NCBI GenBank assembly: GCA_963720545.1
Contig: OY970399.1
Span: 2,432,001 to 2,496,000 of the forward strand
Reading direction: 5' to 3'
Source: an uncultured Acidobacteriota bacterium
GTDB taxonomy: Bacteria; Acidobacteriota; Vicinamibacteria; Fen-336
DNA: 64,000 bases
The notes beneath the pieces were generated by a model, which ran no database searches, was not told where the DNA came from, and saw only the letters and a list, made by a program, of their open reading frames with translations. Positions 17,750 through 29,983 of the stretch are shown here, piece after piece. Position 1 is the stretch's first letter. Every line of letters begins with the position of its first letter. The position numbers were made by a program, and so were the translations under genes.

Positions 17750-19924
17750 ATGACGCAGTTCGAAGACGTCTACGAAACGGTCAGGAGCAATCACCCCGGT
17801 TCGCCTGACCTCGAGCTGCTGCGCAAGGCGTACGTCTTTTCCGCCGTCGAGCACAAGGGGCAGACCCGGGCCTCAGGCGAGCCCTACCTCACGCACCCGC
17901 TCGAGGTCGCCGCCATCCTCGCCGACATGCGCTCCGACCCGTCGTGCGTCGCGGTCGGCCTGCTGCACGACGTGCTCGAGGACACGCTCACCGAACCCGA
18001 CCGGCTGAAGGAGAACTTCGGCCCGCAGATCTTCCACCTGGTCGAGGGCGTCACCAAGATCAGCCAGATCCCGTTCTCGTCCACCGAGGAGCGACAGGCC
18101 GAGAACTTCCGCAAGCTGCTGCTCGCCATGGTGGACGACGTGCGCGTCATCCTGGTGAAGCTCGCCGACCGCCTCCACAACATGCGCACGCTGCAGTACC
18201 TGCCCGAGGACCGCAGGCAGCGCGTGGCGCGCGAGACGATGGACATCTATGCGCCGCTCGCCGGCCGGCTCGGCATGAGCCTGGTGAAGAACGAGCTCGA
18301 GGAGCTGTCGTTCCAGTACCTCGAGCAGGACGCCTACCAGGAGCTCGCGGCACGGGTCGAGGAGCGCCGCAAGAGCGCCGAGGACTTCATCGACAAGATC
18401 CGCGCGAGCTGCGCCGACAAGCTGGCGCTGGCCGGCATCGAGCTGATGTCGATCGACGGCCGCATCAAGCGCCTGTACTCGATCCACCAGAAACTGGAGC
18501 GCCAGCACATCCAGCTCGACCAGGTCTACGACTTCGTCGCCCTGCGGGTGCTGGTCACCAGCGTCAGCGACTGCTACGCGGCGCTCGGCGTGTTCCACAA
18601 TGCCTGGCGGCCGATCCCGGGGCGCATCAAGGACTTCATCGCGATGCCGCGCCCCAACGGCTACCGCTCGTTGCACACCTCGGTGATCAGCGAGGACGGC
18701 CAGCCGTTCGAGATCCAGATCCGCACCACCGAGATGCACCGCGTCGCCGAGGAAGGCATCGCCGCCCACTGGAAATACAAGGAAGGCCGCGCCGGCCTCG
18801 ACAAGGACGACCAGGCGTTCGCCTGGCTGCGCCAGGTGCTCGAATGGCAGCACGAGGTGCAGGACCCGCACGAGTTTCTCGCTTCGCTGAAGCTCGACCT
18901 CTATCCGGAGGAGGTCTACTGCTTCACGCCCAAGGGGCTCGTGAAGACGCTGCCGCGCAACGCGACGCCGCTCGACTTCGCCTACGCGGTGCATACCGAA
19001 GTGGGCCACCAGTGCGTGGGCGTGCGCGTCAACGGCAAGATGGTGGCGCTTCGCTACACGCTGAAGAACGGCGACATCGTCGAGGTGCTGACCTCGCCCG
19101 GGCACAAGCCGAGCCGCGACTGGCTGAGCCTCGTGGTCACGAACTCGGCGCGCCAGAAGATTCGCCGCTACCTCAACAACGCCGAGCGGCAGCAGGCGAT
19201 AGACATCGGCCGCAAGCACCTCGAGCGCGAACTGAAGCGTTACGACCTCACCTTGAAGCGGGCGATCCCGGACGCCGCCAAGGGCAGTAGCCTCGCGCAG
19301 CAGCTCGGCGTCGGCAGCCAGGGCGACGACGTCTACGCCGCGATCGGTTATGGCAAGCTGCCGATCCGCCAGGCGCTGACCCTGCTGGTGCCGGCCGAGT
19401 CGCTTGAAGCGCCGCCGCCGGAGCGCCGCCGGCCGCTGAGCGACGCGGTCAAGAAGCTGTTCCGCCTCGACGGCGACCAGATCCGGGTGCGCGGCACCGA
19501 CGACCTGCTCATCTACCGGGCGAAGTGCTGCAACCCGATTCTCGGCGAACCGATCGTCGGCTACATCACCCGCGGCCGCGGCATCTCGGTGCACGCGCAG
19601 GCCTGCCCCAACGTCCGCAACCTCGCCTACGCGGCCGAGCGGCGCATCGACGTGGAGTGGGAGACGAGCGGCGAAGCGGCCTACGAGGTGGAGATCGCCG
19701 TGCGCGTCGAAGACCGGCCCGGCCTCCTGGCCGGCATCACCGCGGTGATCGCCGGGATGCAGGCAGACATCAGGAACGCCGAGGCCCGCACCTTCGACGA
19801 CCACTCCGCGGCCATCGAGTTCACCCTCAAGGTGAAGGATTTAAAGCACTTGGAAAAGGTGGTGCGTTCGGTGCGCGGCGTTTCCGGCGTGCTGGGCGTG
19901 GAGCGCCAGGGCCAGCGGCATTAG
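17750..19924 (+). CDS. relA: Bifunctional (p)ppGpp synthetase/hydrolase Rel/SpoT
   Basis: GEPYLTHP, LLHDVLED (HD domain), KLADRLHNMRTL, YRSLHT, EIQIRT, a TGS domain, AKCCNP and a C-terminal ACT domain. Confidence 0.96.
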   Translation: MTQFEDVYETVRSNHPGSPDLELLRKAYVFSAVEHKGQTRASGEPYLTHPLEVAAILADMRSDPSCVAVGLLHDVLEDTLTEPDRLKENFGPQIFHLVEGVTKISQIPFSSTEERQAENFRKLLLAMVDDVRVILVKLADRLHNMRTLQYLPEDRRQRVARETMDIYAPLAGRLGMSLVKNELEELSFQYLEQDAYQELAARVEERRKSAEDFIDKIRASCADKLALAGIELMSIDGRIKRLYSIHQKLERQHIQLDQVYDFVALRVLVTSVSDCYAALGVFHNAWRPIPGRIKDFIAMPRPNGYRSLHTSVISEDGQPFEIQIRTTEMHRVAEEGIAAHWKYKEGRAGLDKDDQAFAWLRQVLEWQHEVQDPHEFLASLKLDLYPEEVYCFTPKGLVKTLPRNATPLDFAYAVHTEVGHQCVGVRVNGKMVALRYTLKNGDIVEVLTSPGHKPSRDWLSLVVTNSARQKIRRYLNNAERQQAIDIGRKHLERELKRYDLTLKRAIPDAAKGSSLAQQLGVGSQGDDVYAAIGYGKLPIRQALTLLVPAESLEAPPPERRRPLSDAVKKLFRLDGDQIRVRGTDDLLIYRAKCCNPILGEPIVGYITRGRGISVHAQACPNVRNLAYAAERRIDVEWETSGEAAYEVEIAVRVEDRPGLLAGITAVIAGMQADIRNAEARTFDDHSAAIEFTLKVKDLKHLEKVVRSVRGVSGVLGVERQGQRH

Positions 19925-19978
19925 CCGCAAGGGCGCGAAGTCGGCTAGAATCAGGGCTTTTCGGGAGACGATCAGACG

Positions 19979-20194
19979 ATGGCGATGCGATGTGAAATCT
20001 GCGGCAAGGGCCCCCAGTTCGGCAGCCGGATCAGCCATGCCCACAACGTGACGCACCGCCGCTTCAACCCGAACCTGCAGAAGGTGCGCGCTGTCGTCAA
20101 CGGCACCCGCAGGCGCGTCAAGGTCTGCACCGGCTGCATCCGCTCGGGCAAGATCACCAAGCCGCCCGTGCGCACCCGCACCGCCGTCGCCTAA
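19979..20194 (+). CDS. rpmB: 50S ribosomal protein L28, zinc-ribbon form
   Basis: CEICGK...SHAHNVTHRRFNPNLQ...VCTGCIRSG. Confidence 0.96.
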   Translation: MAMRCEICGKGPQFGSRISHAHNVTHRRFNPNLQKVRAVVNGTRRRVKVCTGCIRSGKITKPPVRTRTAVA

Positions 20195-20575
20195 CTAAAA
20201 GGCGGCGATCACGTCGATCTCGACGCGCGCTCCTGCCTTGGGCAGGGCCGCGGCCTGGATGGTGGAGCGTACCGGCGGATGCTGGCCCAGGTGGCGCGCA
20301 TACACCTCGTTCATCGCGGCGAACTCCGCCATGTCGGCGAGATACACGGTCGCCTTCACGACGTGCTCGGCGCCGAGCTTGGCTTCCTTGAGGATCGCGA
20401 GCAGGTTTTTCAGCACCTGTTCGGTCTGCTCCGAGATGCCGCCCTCCACCAGGTTGCCGGTCTTCGGATCGATCGCCACCTGGCCGGAGACGAACATCAG
20501 GCCGCCGGCGATGATCGCCTGCGAATATGGCCCGATGGGCTTCGGCGCGTCGCTCGAGGTGATGAACTTCTGCAC
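20195..20575 (-). CDS. RidA/YjgF family enamine-imine deaminase
   Basis: APKPIGPYSQA, SGQVA, MNEVY, PVRSTI and VEIDVIA. GTG start at 20575. Confidence 0.92.
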   Translation of the reverse strand: MQKFITSSDAPKPIGPYSQAIIAGGLMFVSGQVAIDPKTGNLVEGGISEQTEQVLKNLLAILKEAKLGAEHVVKATVYLADMAEFAAMNEVYARHLGQHPPVRSTIQAAALPKAGARVEIDVIAAF

Positions 20576-20684
20576 GTTTTCTCTTCTCCGATCATGTGCG
20601 GCGGGGGGATGAACTTGCGAAGTCTGCAGCACGCGGGCCCCGGCCGCAACACTGGCGCCCTGCGTCACAACGGCTGACGGCACG

Positions 20685-21032
20685 TCAGCGCGAAGCGACC
20701 GCCGTGTCCGAATGCTTGCTGAGCAGGCTCGCGAGATCGGTCTTGGAAAGTGCCCCCACGCGCTGCTCGGCCACCTGGCCGTTCTTGAAGACGAGGAGAG
20801 TGGGGATGGAGCGGATCGCGTACTTCATGGCGATCTCGCCCTGCTCGTCCACGTTCAGCTTGCCGACCTTCACGCGGCCCGCAAAGTCGTTGGCGACGGC
20901 TTCGACGAACGGCGAAATCATCCGGCACGGCGCGCACCATTCGGCCCAGAAATCGACGAGCACCGGCTGCGCCGACTTCAGCACTTCCGCTTCCCAGTTC
21001 TGCGTGGTGAATTCGCTGACGTTGGGGTTCAC
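20685..21032 (-). CDS. trxA: Thioredoxin
   Basis: [15 protein letters not shown] and IRSIPTL. GTG start overlaps the upstream TGA. Confidence 0.95.
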   Translation of the reverse strand: MNPNVSEFTTQNWEAEVLKSAQPVLVDFWAEWCAPCRMISPFVEAVANDFAGRVKVGKLNVDEQGEIAMKYAIRSIPTLLVFKNGQVAEQRVGALSKTDLASLLSKHSDTAVASR

Positions 21033-21394
21033 TGACGACCTCCCGTTAGTGTCAAGTTCTCGTCCAGGCCGGCGGCCACGTCCGCGGCGGTGATGTCCCA
21101 GTTGTCGCGGTCGAACACGGCCTTGCTGTCCTTGAAAAGGATGAATTGCGGGGATTCGTGGGCTATCCCGGTCAAGGAGGCGACACGGTCGCTCGCCGGC
21201 CGCCACTCGACCACGCGGATGATCCCGAGCGGCAGGCCTTCGCGCGCTTCCAGGTTCCCCTGGACGTGGGTGAAGGTTTCCTGGGTCTTGTGGCAGGTGC
21301 CAGCCTTGAAGATCGCGGCCTCGGGGTTTGAAGCGAGAAAAGAATCGACCTCTTCGGGCGTCTTCAGGAACTGGATGCGATCCTTGAGGGTCAT
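21029..21394 (-). CDS. YtxJ/BrxC-like monothiol bacilliredoxin (DUF2847)
   Basis: Single Cys in FKAGTCHKT, plus [11 protein letters not shown] and WDIT. Confidence 0.8.
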   Translation of the reverse strand: MTLKDRIQFLKTPEEVDSFLASNPEAAIFKAGTCHKTQETFTHVQGNLEAREGLPLGIIRVVEWRPASDRVASLTGIAHESPQFILFKDSKAVFDRDNWDITAADVAAGLDENLTLTGGRQ

Positions 21395-21425
21395 GAATTC
21401 ATTGTAGCGCGGACCTGCGCGGGCA

Positions 21426-22214
21426 CTAGCTGGAGGGGTTTTCCTGGTCCTGGCGGGCCAGCAGCACCGCCAGTTCGGCGAGGTTCTCGACCACCTGGTG
21501 CGGCCGGTAGGCGTAGCGGCCGAGATCCTCTTTCTGGCTCACCCCGGTCAGCACCAGCGCCGTCTCCATGCCGGCCTGGATGCCGGCGATGATGTCGGTG
21601 TCCATGTTGTCGCCCACCATCAGGGTGTTGTCTGTGCGGGTCTGCAGGTGGTGGAGCGCGGCGCGGATCATGAACGAGCTGGGCTTGCCGACGTAGAACG
21701 GCTGCATGCGCGTGATCTTCTCGATCGGCGTCGCCAGGGCGCCGCAGCTCGGCCGGCCGTGCGGCCCGGAGACGTCGGGGTTGGTGGCGACGAAGCGCGC
21801 GCCGGCGTTGATGAGCTGCACCGCGCGCTGGATCATGTCGAAGTTGTAGGAACGGGTCTCGCCGAGGATCACGAAGTCGGCTTCGGATTCCACCAGGCTG
21901 AAGCCGATCTGGTAGAGCGCATGCACCAGGGCGCCCTCGCCGATCACGTACGCCTTGCGCGAGGTGCCTGCCTGCTGGTCGAGGAATTCCGCCGTCGCCA
22001 TCGCCGAGGTGTAGAAGCGGTCGGCGGACGCCTCGATGCCCGCGCGCAGGAAGCGGTTGCGCAGGTCGCCGGGTGTCTGCGACGAGTAGTTGGTGAGGAA
22101 CAGGAACGGCCGCCCGGCGGCGGTGAACTCCGCCACCATCTCGCGCGCGCCCGGCAGGGCCGTGTCGTCGCGCAGGATCACCCCGTCGATGTCGAGGATC
22201 GCGGCCTTCCTCAT
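21426..22214 (-). CDS. nagD: HAD-IIA phosphatase, NagD-like
   Basis: DIDGV, LTNYS, ATNPD, GKPS and GDNMDTDI. Confidence 0.88.
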   Translation of the reverse strand: MRKAAILDIDGVILRDDTALPGAREMVAEFTAAGRPFLFLTNYSSQTPGDLRNRFLRAGIEASADRFYTSAMATAEFLDQQAGTSRKAYVIGEGALVHALYQIGFSLVESEADFVILGETRSYNFDMIQRAVQLINAGARFVATNPDVSGPHGRPSCGALATPIEKITRMQPFYVGKPSSFMIRAALHHLQTRTDNTLMVGDNMDTDIIAGIQAGMETALVLTGVSQKEDLGRYAYRPHQVVENLAELAVLLARQDQENPSS

Positions 22215-23623
22215 CGTGCCGAGACGAACTCCCCGGCGCTCGCGAGGTCGTAGGTTTCGTTCATGCCGGGCACGGTGGTGGCGAAGCCGCGCTCGTTCCT
22301 GATCTTGGCGGCAAGCGACTCGGCGGCCACCGCCTCACCGTGCGTCACGAAGATACGCGCCGGCGGCTGCTGCACGGCCGACAGCCAGCGCACCATCTCG
22401 AAGGCGTCGCCGTGTCCCGACATGCCCTTGAGGCTCGCGATCTCGGCGCGCACCGCCACCTCGCCCTTGTGGATGCGCACCGTGCGCTTGCCCTCGACCA
22501 GCGAGCGGCCGAGCGTGTTCTCGGCCTGGTAGCCGGTGATCACGAGCGTGTTGCGCCAGTCGGGCAGGCGCTGGCGGCAGTGGTGCAGGATGCGGCCGCC
22601 GGTCAACATGCCGGAGGACGAGATGATGACCGCCGGGCCCTTGACGTCGTTGAGCTTTTCCGACTCGGCGCGGGTGCGGCTGAAGTGCACCCACTGGCCA
22701 TAGAGCAGGCTGCGCCCGCCGATACCGGTGAGGCTCTCGCCGTGTGCGTCAGGATAGTTCGCGTAGATGCGGGTCGCGTCGATCGCCATCGGGCTGTCGA
22801 GATAGATCTGGAACGGCCGCAGGTGGCCTTCGCTCACCAGCTTGTCCATCAGCCAGATCACCTGTTGCGCACGGCCCACCGCGAACGCCGGCACCAGCAC
22901 GATGCCGCCCTTCGCGAAGGTGCGCTCGAGGATGCCGAGGAGCTGCTCCTCGATCGGCACCGCCTCGTGCACGCGGTTGCCGTAGGTGCTTTCCACGACC
23001 ATGTAGTCGGCGGCGGTCGCGAGGTCGGGCGGCCGGGTGAGGATCGGCGCGAAACGGCCGACGTCGCCGCTGAACAGGATGCTCGTCTCCTTGCCGGCTT
23101 CGGTGACCTGCACCCGCGCCGAGGCCGCGCCCAACAGGTGGCCCGCGTTGGTGTACGAAAAGGCGACATCGGGCGCCACCGCCGTCGTCTCGCCGAAGTT
23201 CGCGGTGCGGAACAGCTTCAGCGCCGCCTCGACGTCGGCGCTGTCGAAAAGCGGCAGCGCCGGCTTGTGGCTCGTCAGCCCCTTGCGGTTCAGATACTCC
23301 GCGTCTTCTTCCTGCAGGTGCGCCGCATCCTTCAGCAGCACCTCGGCGAGGTCGCGGGTCGCCGGCGTGCAGTAGACCGGCGCGCGCAGGCCCTGCTTCA
23401 CGAGCCTCGGGATGCGGCCGATGTGGTCGAGGTGCGTGTGGGTGACGACCAGCGCCGTGATGCGGGCGGGGTCGAAGCCGGGTGCCTGCCAGTTGCGGTC
23501 GCGCAACTCTTTCGGGCCCTGGAACATGCCCGAATCGACGAGCACCGACGAGCCTGCGGTGCGCAGCAGGTATTGGGAACCGGTGACCGTGCGCGCTGCG
23601 CCGAGAAACGTGAGTGTCGGCAT
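22211..23623 (-). CDS. MBL-fold beta-CASP ribonuclease
   Basis: THTHLDHIG, AGHLLG, FSGDVG, ESTYG, PAFAVGR, SSSGMLTGGR and SGHGD. Confidence 0.92.
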   Translation of the reverse strand: MPTLTFLGAARTVTGSQYLLRTAGSSVLVDSGMFQGPKELRDRNWQAPGFDPARITALVVTHTHLDHIGRIPRLVKQGLRAPVYCTPATRDLAEVLLKDAAHLQEEDAEYLNRKGLTSHKPALPLFDSADVEAALKLFRTANFGETTAVAPDVAFSYTNAGHLLGAASARVQVTEAGKETSILFSGDVGRFAPILTRPPDLATAADYMVVESTYGNRVHEAVPIEEQLLGILERTFAKGGIVLVPAFAVGRAQQVIWLMDKLVSEGHLRPFQIYLDSPMAIDATRIYANYPDAHGESLTGIGGRSLLYGQWVHFSRTRAESEKLNDVKGPAVIISSSGMLTGGRILHHCRQRLPDWRNTLVITGYQAENTLGRSLVEGKRTVRIHKGEVAVRAEIASLKGMSGHGDAFEMVRWLSAVQQPPARIFVTHGEAVAAESLAAKIRNERGFATTVPGMNETYDLASAGEFVSAR

Positions 23624-23689
23624 TGGGCCATCCGAGTATATGCGCGCTTGAAGCCGCTATAGTTGCCGGCGATAGAGCGGAGGACTGCC

Positions 23690-24544
23690 ATGACCTTGAG
23701 CCACTGGCCGCGGAACGTTCTTGCCGGCGCCTGTCTCGTCCTCGCAACCGCGGGCGCCGTTTCCGCCGCCGAGCCGCTGCCGCCGCTGATGCGCATCCCG
23801 GCCGGCGACTTCATCATGGGTTCGGACGCGGGCGCGCCCGACGAGCATCCGGCGCACAAGGTGGCGGTGGCCGAATTCCTGATCGGCGTCCACGAGGTGA
23901 CTCAGGCGGAGTACGCGCGCTTCGTCGCGGCCACTTCGCACCGCCTGCCCGGTTCGCAGCCGGTGCCGTCGATCGTGGCGCCCGAGCGCCTCGCGAGCTT
24001 CCGCGAGATCGCCGCGAACTACGCGTGGGAAAACGGCAAGCCGCCCGCGGGCAAGGAGAACCATCCCGTGGTGCTCGTCGGCATGGACGACGCTCTCGCC
24101 TACTGCGCCTGGCTCGGCAAGGAAACGGGGCAGGAGGTGCGGCTGCCGAGCGAAGCGGAATGGGAGAAGGCCGCGCGCGGCGGCCTGGTCGGGGCTCGCT
24201 ACCCCTGGGGCAACGAGGAACTCAGCGGCCGCGCCAACTACCTGCCCGACGTCAAGCTGAAGCCGACGCGCGGCACCGAGCCCGTCGGCAAGTATGCCGC
24301 CAACGGCTACTCGCTCTTCGACATGTCGGGGAACGCCTGGGAATGGGTGGCCGACGTCTATGCGCCCTATCCCGGCGGGAAGTTTCCAGAAGGCGCCCCC
24401 ACCGACAACCGCCTGGTGCGCGGCGGCGCCTGGCTCGACGACAACCCCGACCTGCTCACCGTGAGCCACCGCCACGAGACGCCGCCCGACACGTTCTCGT
24501 ACAGCATCGGGTTTCGCGTCGCGGTCAGTGCTGCGCGGAAGTAG
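23690..24544 (+). CDS. Secreted FGE-sulfatase (SUMF1/EgtB/PvdO) fold protein lacking FGE catalytic cysteines
   Basis: FIMGS, EVTQAEY, RLPSEAEWEKAARGG, DMSGNAWEW, RGGAW and IGFR. GGAGG precedes ATG 23690. Confidence 0.88.
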   Translation: MTLSHWPRNVLAGACLVLATAGAVSAAEPLPPLMRIPAGDFIMGSDAGAPDEHPAHKVAVAEFLIGVHEVTQAEYARFVAATSHRLPGSQPVPSIVAPERLASFREIAANYAWENGKPPAGKENHPVVLVGMDDALAYCAWLGKETGQEVRLPSEAEWEKAARGGLVGARYPWGNEELSGRANYLPDVKLKPTRGTEPVGKYAANGYSLFDMSGNAWEWVADVYAPYPGGKFPEGAPTDNRLVRGGAWLDDNPDLLTVSHRHETPPDTFSYSIGFRVAVSAARK

Positions 24545-27253
<2,709 letters not shown>

Positions 27254-27274
27254 AGTCGCTGTCTCCGTTCTGGA

Positions 27275-27760
27275 TCATCCCGCGCGGCGGCTGGCGACCA
27301 GCAGGATGAGGGCGAGGAATACGACACTTTCGACGACCATGCGCCCGGGGTCGAAGAGGGCGATCCCGGGTGCCAGCACGAAGGCGGCGGCCGCCAGGCC
27401 AAACACCAGCCCCGCCTGCACCAGCGCGCAGAGCCGCGGCGTCGTGCGCGTCAGCACCCAGACGGCGAGCAGCACCTGCAGTGCACCGATGCCGAGGCGC
27501 CAGTCGTCGGCGTAGGAGAACCAGCGGCCGGGCAGCGCCACCAGCATCGCGTCGTCGGACGCGCAGCCGTGCAGCAGCTTGCACCACAGGCCGTTGTAGA
27601 GCCAGGCGAACGCAAGCGCCAGTTCGGCGAAGAACAGCACCGGGCCGCCGCGGCGCTCGCGTGCCCGGCGGGCGGCGGCGATCGCTTCGGGCGTGAGCGG
27701 CTCGAAACCATCGGGAGGCGTGTCGTCGCTGTGCCGCAGGCTGAGATCGAGATCCGTCAT
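27275..27760 (-). CDS. DoxX-like membrane protein
   Basis: AWLYNGLWCKLL followed by several TM segments. Start uncertain. Confidence 0.6.
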   Translation of the reverse strand: MTDLDLSLRHSDDTPPDGFEPLTPEAIAAARRARERRGGPVLFFAELALAFAWLYNGLWCKLLHGCASDDAMLVALPGRWFSYADDWRLGIGALQVLLAVWVLTRTTPRLCALVQAGLVFGLAAAAFVLAPGIALFDPGRMVVESVVFLALILLVASRRAG

Positions 27761-27824
27761 CGAAGCGCCTCTATCGTCGCATACTTGACGCGGTGTAGCG
27801 TGGTTGCGGAGGCACAGGAAAGTC

Positions 27825-28802
27825 ATGGAAAAGCGGATCGCGGCCAGCGCCTTGCTGGCGAGCCTGCTGTTGGCCGACGCCGCTGTGGCGGCGGTCAAGG
27901 TGCAGGAAAAAACCGAAGCGAAGTTCGGCGGCCTGATCGGTGCGATGGCCGGTGCGATGGGCGGCGGCGCCAACGCACCAACGCTCAGCACGGTGGCGGT
28001 GCTCGGCGACCGCAAGCTGTCGCTCAGCGCGATGAGCGGCGAGATCATCGACTTGCAGGAAGAAAAGGTCTATCGGCTCGACCCGCGCAACAAGACCTAC
28101 ACCGTCCTGAGCTTCGCGGCGATCCGCAAGCAGATGGAAGACGCGCGCGCCCGCATGCAGGGCAAGAAGCCGCAGGCCGAGCCGCCTGCGGCCGCCGCGC
28201 CGGGCAAGGACCCGAACGTCGAAGTCGATTACGACGTGAAGGATACCGGCCAGGCGAAGGCGATCAACGGCTTCGACGCGAAGCAGATGGTCCTGACCAT
28301 CAGCGTGCGCCAGAAGGGCAAGACGCTCGAACAGGGCGGCGGCATGGTGATGCGCTCGGACATGTGGATGAGCGACGCGCTCGGCGCGCGCAAGGAGGTC
28401 GCCGACTTCGACCGGCGCTACGCGCAGAAGCTCTACGGCGGCGCCGACCTGGGCGCGGCGCTGGCGTCCATGGGACAGATGGCTTCCGCCGCGATGATGA
28501 ATCCCGGCATCGGCCCGGCGATGGCGAAGCTGCGCGCCGAGACGGACAAGATGCACGGCTCGCCGGTGCTGACCACCACAACCATGGAGTCGGTGCGCAA
28601 CCCCGAGCAGCCGGCGGGCGGGGATGCGGCGGCGGCCGGCGGCTTCGCGGCGCTCCTGGCGCAAAAGATGAAGAAGGGCGGCGGCGGTGGCGGCGACGAA
28701 GCGCGCAGCGTCCTGATGACGACCACCCACGAGGTGCTGAGCGTCTCGTCGCAGGTGACGCCGCAGGACGTCGCGCTGCCCGCGGGATACACCGCGAAGT
28801 AG
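27825..28802 (+). CDS. Secreted hypothetical protein (DUF4412/GLPGLI-like beta-rich)
   Basis: Signal peptide, EIIDLQEEKVY, DTGQAKAINGFDA and C-terminal VALPAGY. AGGA ribosome-binding site. Confidence 0.65.
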   Translation: MEKRIAASALLASLLLADAAVAAVKVQEKTEAKFGGLIGAMAGAMGGGANAPTLSTVAVLGDRKLSLSAMSGEIIDLQEEKVYRLDPRNKTYTVLSFAAIRKQMEDARARMQGKKPQAEPPAAAAPGKDPNVEVDYDVKDTGQAKAINGFDAKQMVLTISVRQKGKTLEQGGGMVMRSDMWMSDALGARKEVADFDRRYAQKLYGGADLGAALASMGQMASAAMMNPGIGPAMAKLRAETDKMHGSPVLTTTTMESVRNPEQPAGGDAAAAGGFAALLAQKMKKGGGGGGDEARSVLMTTTHEVLSVSSQVTPQDVALPAGYTAK

Positions 28803-28814
28803 CCCGCGCGGCCG

Positions 28815-29570
28815 TCAGAGGGCCGGGTGCGGCAGGCGTCCCGCAACCTCGAACTGCGCGCGCGGGAAAGCGAACGCGGTGCGCGCGAAGACGTCTTTCT
28901 TGCGCAGCTCGACCCGCTCGCGCGTCGCGACACAGTGCCACGCCTGCGGCGGCGTCGGCCGCGCCGCGGCAAAACCCTGTGGCGAGAAGAGCGCGAGGCA
29001 GACGCCGCCTTCGCGGTCGCGTGCCGAGCGGTAGCGAAACGCGACCACCGCGGCGGCGCGCATCTCGGCGCCGAGCTGCTGCGAAGCGGCATAGGAGACG
29101 GGCGACGAGATGGCGGCGGCGTGCGCCGCGAACGGCGGGCGCGTGAGGTCGATGCCTTTTTCCGTGCGCACCACCGCCTGGAACGCCGACAGCTCGAGCA
29201 CCAGCGGCGCGAGTGGCGCCGCCGACCCTTCGAGGAAGAGCAACCGGTAGTAAGCCGCCTCGGCGAAGGCAGTGCGCGGCTCGTCGGCGCCGTACCAGAG
29301 GGCCCGCTCCTGGCGGGTGCCGAAGCGCGAACCGTGCCGCAGCGGCGGATAGCGAAAGGGCGTCGCCAGCAGATAGTGGAGCGCGCGGCCCTTCTCGAGC
29401 GGCGGCTTCACGCCTTCGATGAGCTCCTCGAGCAGGTGCTGCTCCGCATCCGTGTCGACGAGCTTGCGGGTCGCGACCAGGTACTGCGATTCGACTACGC
29501 GCCAGGGCCGCGCCACGAGGCGCCTCGCCCTAGAGCTTCCCGCGCATCGCGTCCAGATACTCGACGACAT
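28815..29570 (-). CDS. RES family toxin (NAD+ phosphorylase-like)
   Basis: WRVVESQ, ATPFRYPPLRHGSRFG, TAFAEAAYY and YRSAR. Lies downstream of an antitoxin gene. Confidence 0.88.
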   Translation of the reverse strand: MSSSIWTRCAGSSRARRLVARPWRVVESQYLVATRKLVDTDAEQHLLEELIEGVKPPLEKGRALHYLLATPFRYPPLRHGSRFGTRQERALWYGADEPRTAFAEAAYYRLLFLEGSAAPLAPLVLELSAFQAVVRTEKGIDLTRPPFAAHAAAISSPVSYAASQQLGAEMRAAAVVAFRYRSARDREGGVCLALFSPQGFAAARPTPPQAWHCVATRERVELRKKDVFARTAFAFPRAQFEVAGRLPHPAL

Positions 29571-29904
29571 GCACCAGTCCGGGGATGGTCAGGACGAGTT
29601 GCGCCGGCACTCCGCCGACATGGGCGTTGCGGCTGCGGAACCAGTCCCTGGCCTTGGCGGCGTCGCCGCCCACCAGGGAGTCGAGGCTGCGGTAGAGGCG
29701 CAGCAGGAGGAGTGCGATCTCGCCCTCCTTGGACAACGGATCGAGGCGCCGGCGGGGCAGCCGCGAGATCGAGGCCTGGCTGACGCCGAGGATCCTGCCG
29801 AGGTCGCGCTGCGCGAGGCCCAGGTGGTCGGCCGCCCGCATCACCGCCTTGGTGAGCACTGCCGCCGGCTCGGGCCTGCCGGGTTGTGCGGCGCCTTGCA
29901 GCAT
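29530..29904 (-). CDS. Xre/MbcA/ParS family antitoxin
   Basis: HTH LAQRDLGRILGVSQASISR and C-terminal LYRSLDSLVGGD...WFRSRN...VVEYLDAMRG. Confidence 0.88.
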   Translation of the reverse strand: MLQGAAQPGRPEPAAVLTKAVMRAADHLGLAQRDLGRILGVSQASISRLPRRRLDPLSKEGEIALLLLRLYRSLDSLVGGDAAKARDWFRSRNAHVGGVPAQLVLTIPGLVHVVEYLDAMRGKL

Positions 29905-29983
29905 GATGCAAGTGAATCACAAGACCTTGTTTATTGCAAGTGCATGGAGCCGGTCGGGGCCGGCCCCGCTACAATCCCCGCAC

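Noticed and set aside
23690..24544. True formylglycine-generating enzyme for the sulfatase at 54284
   Set aside because: The segment after RGG (AWLDDNPDLLTVSHR) lacks the catalytic CxxxxC pair, and the genes are about 30 kb apart.
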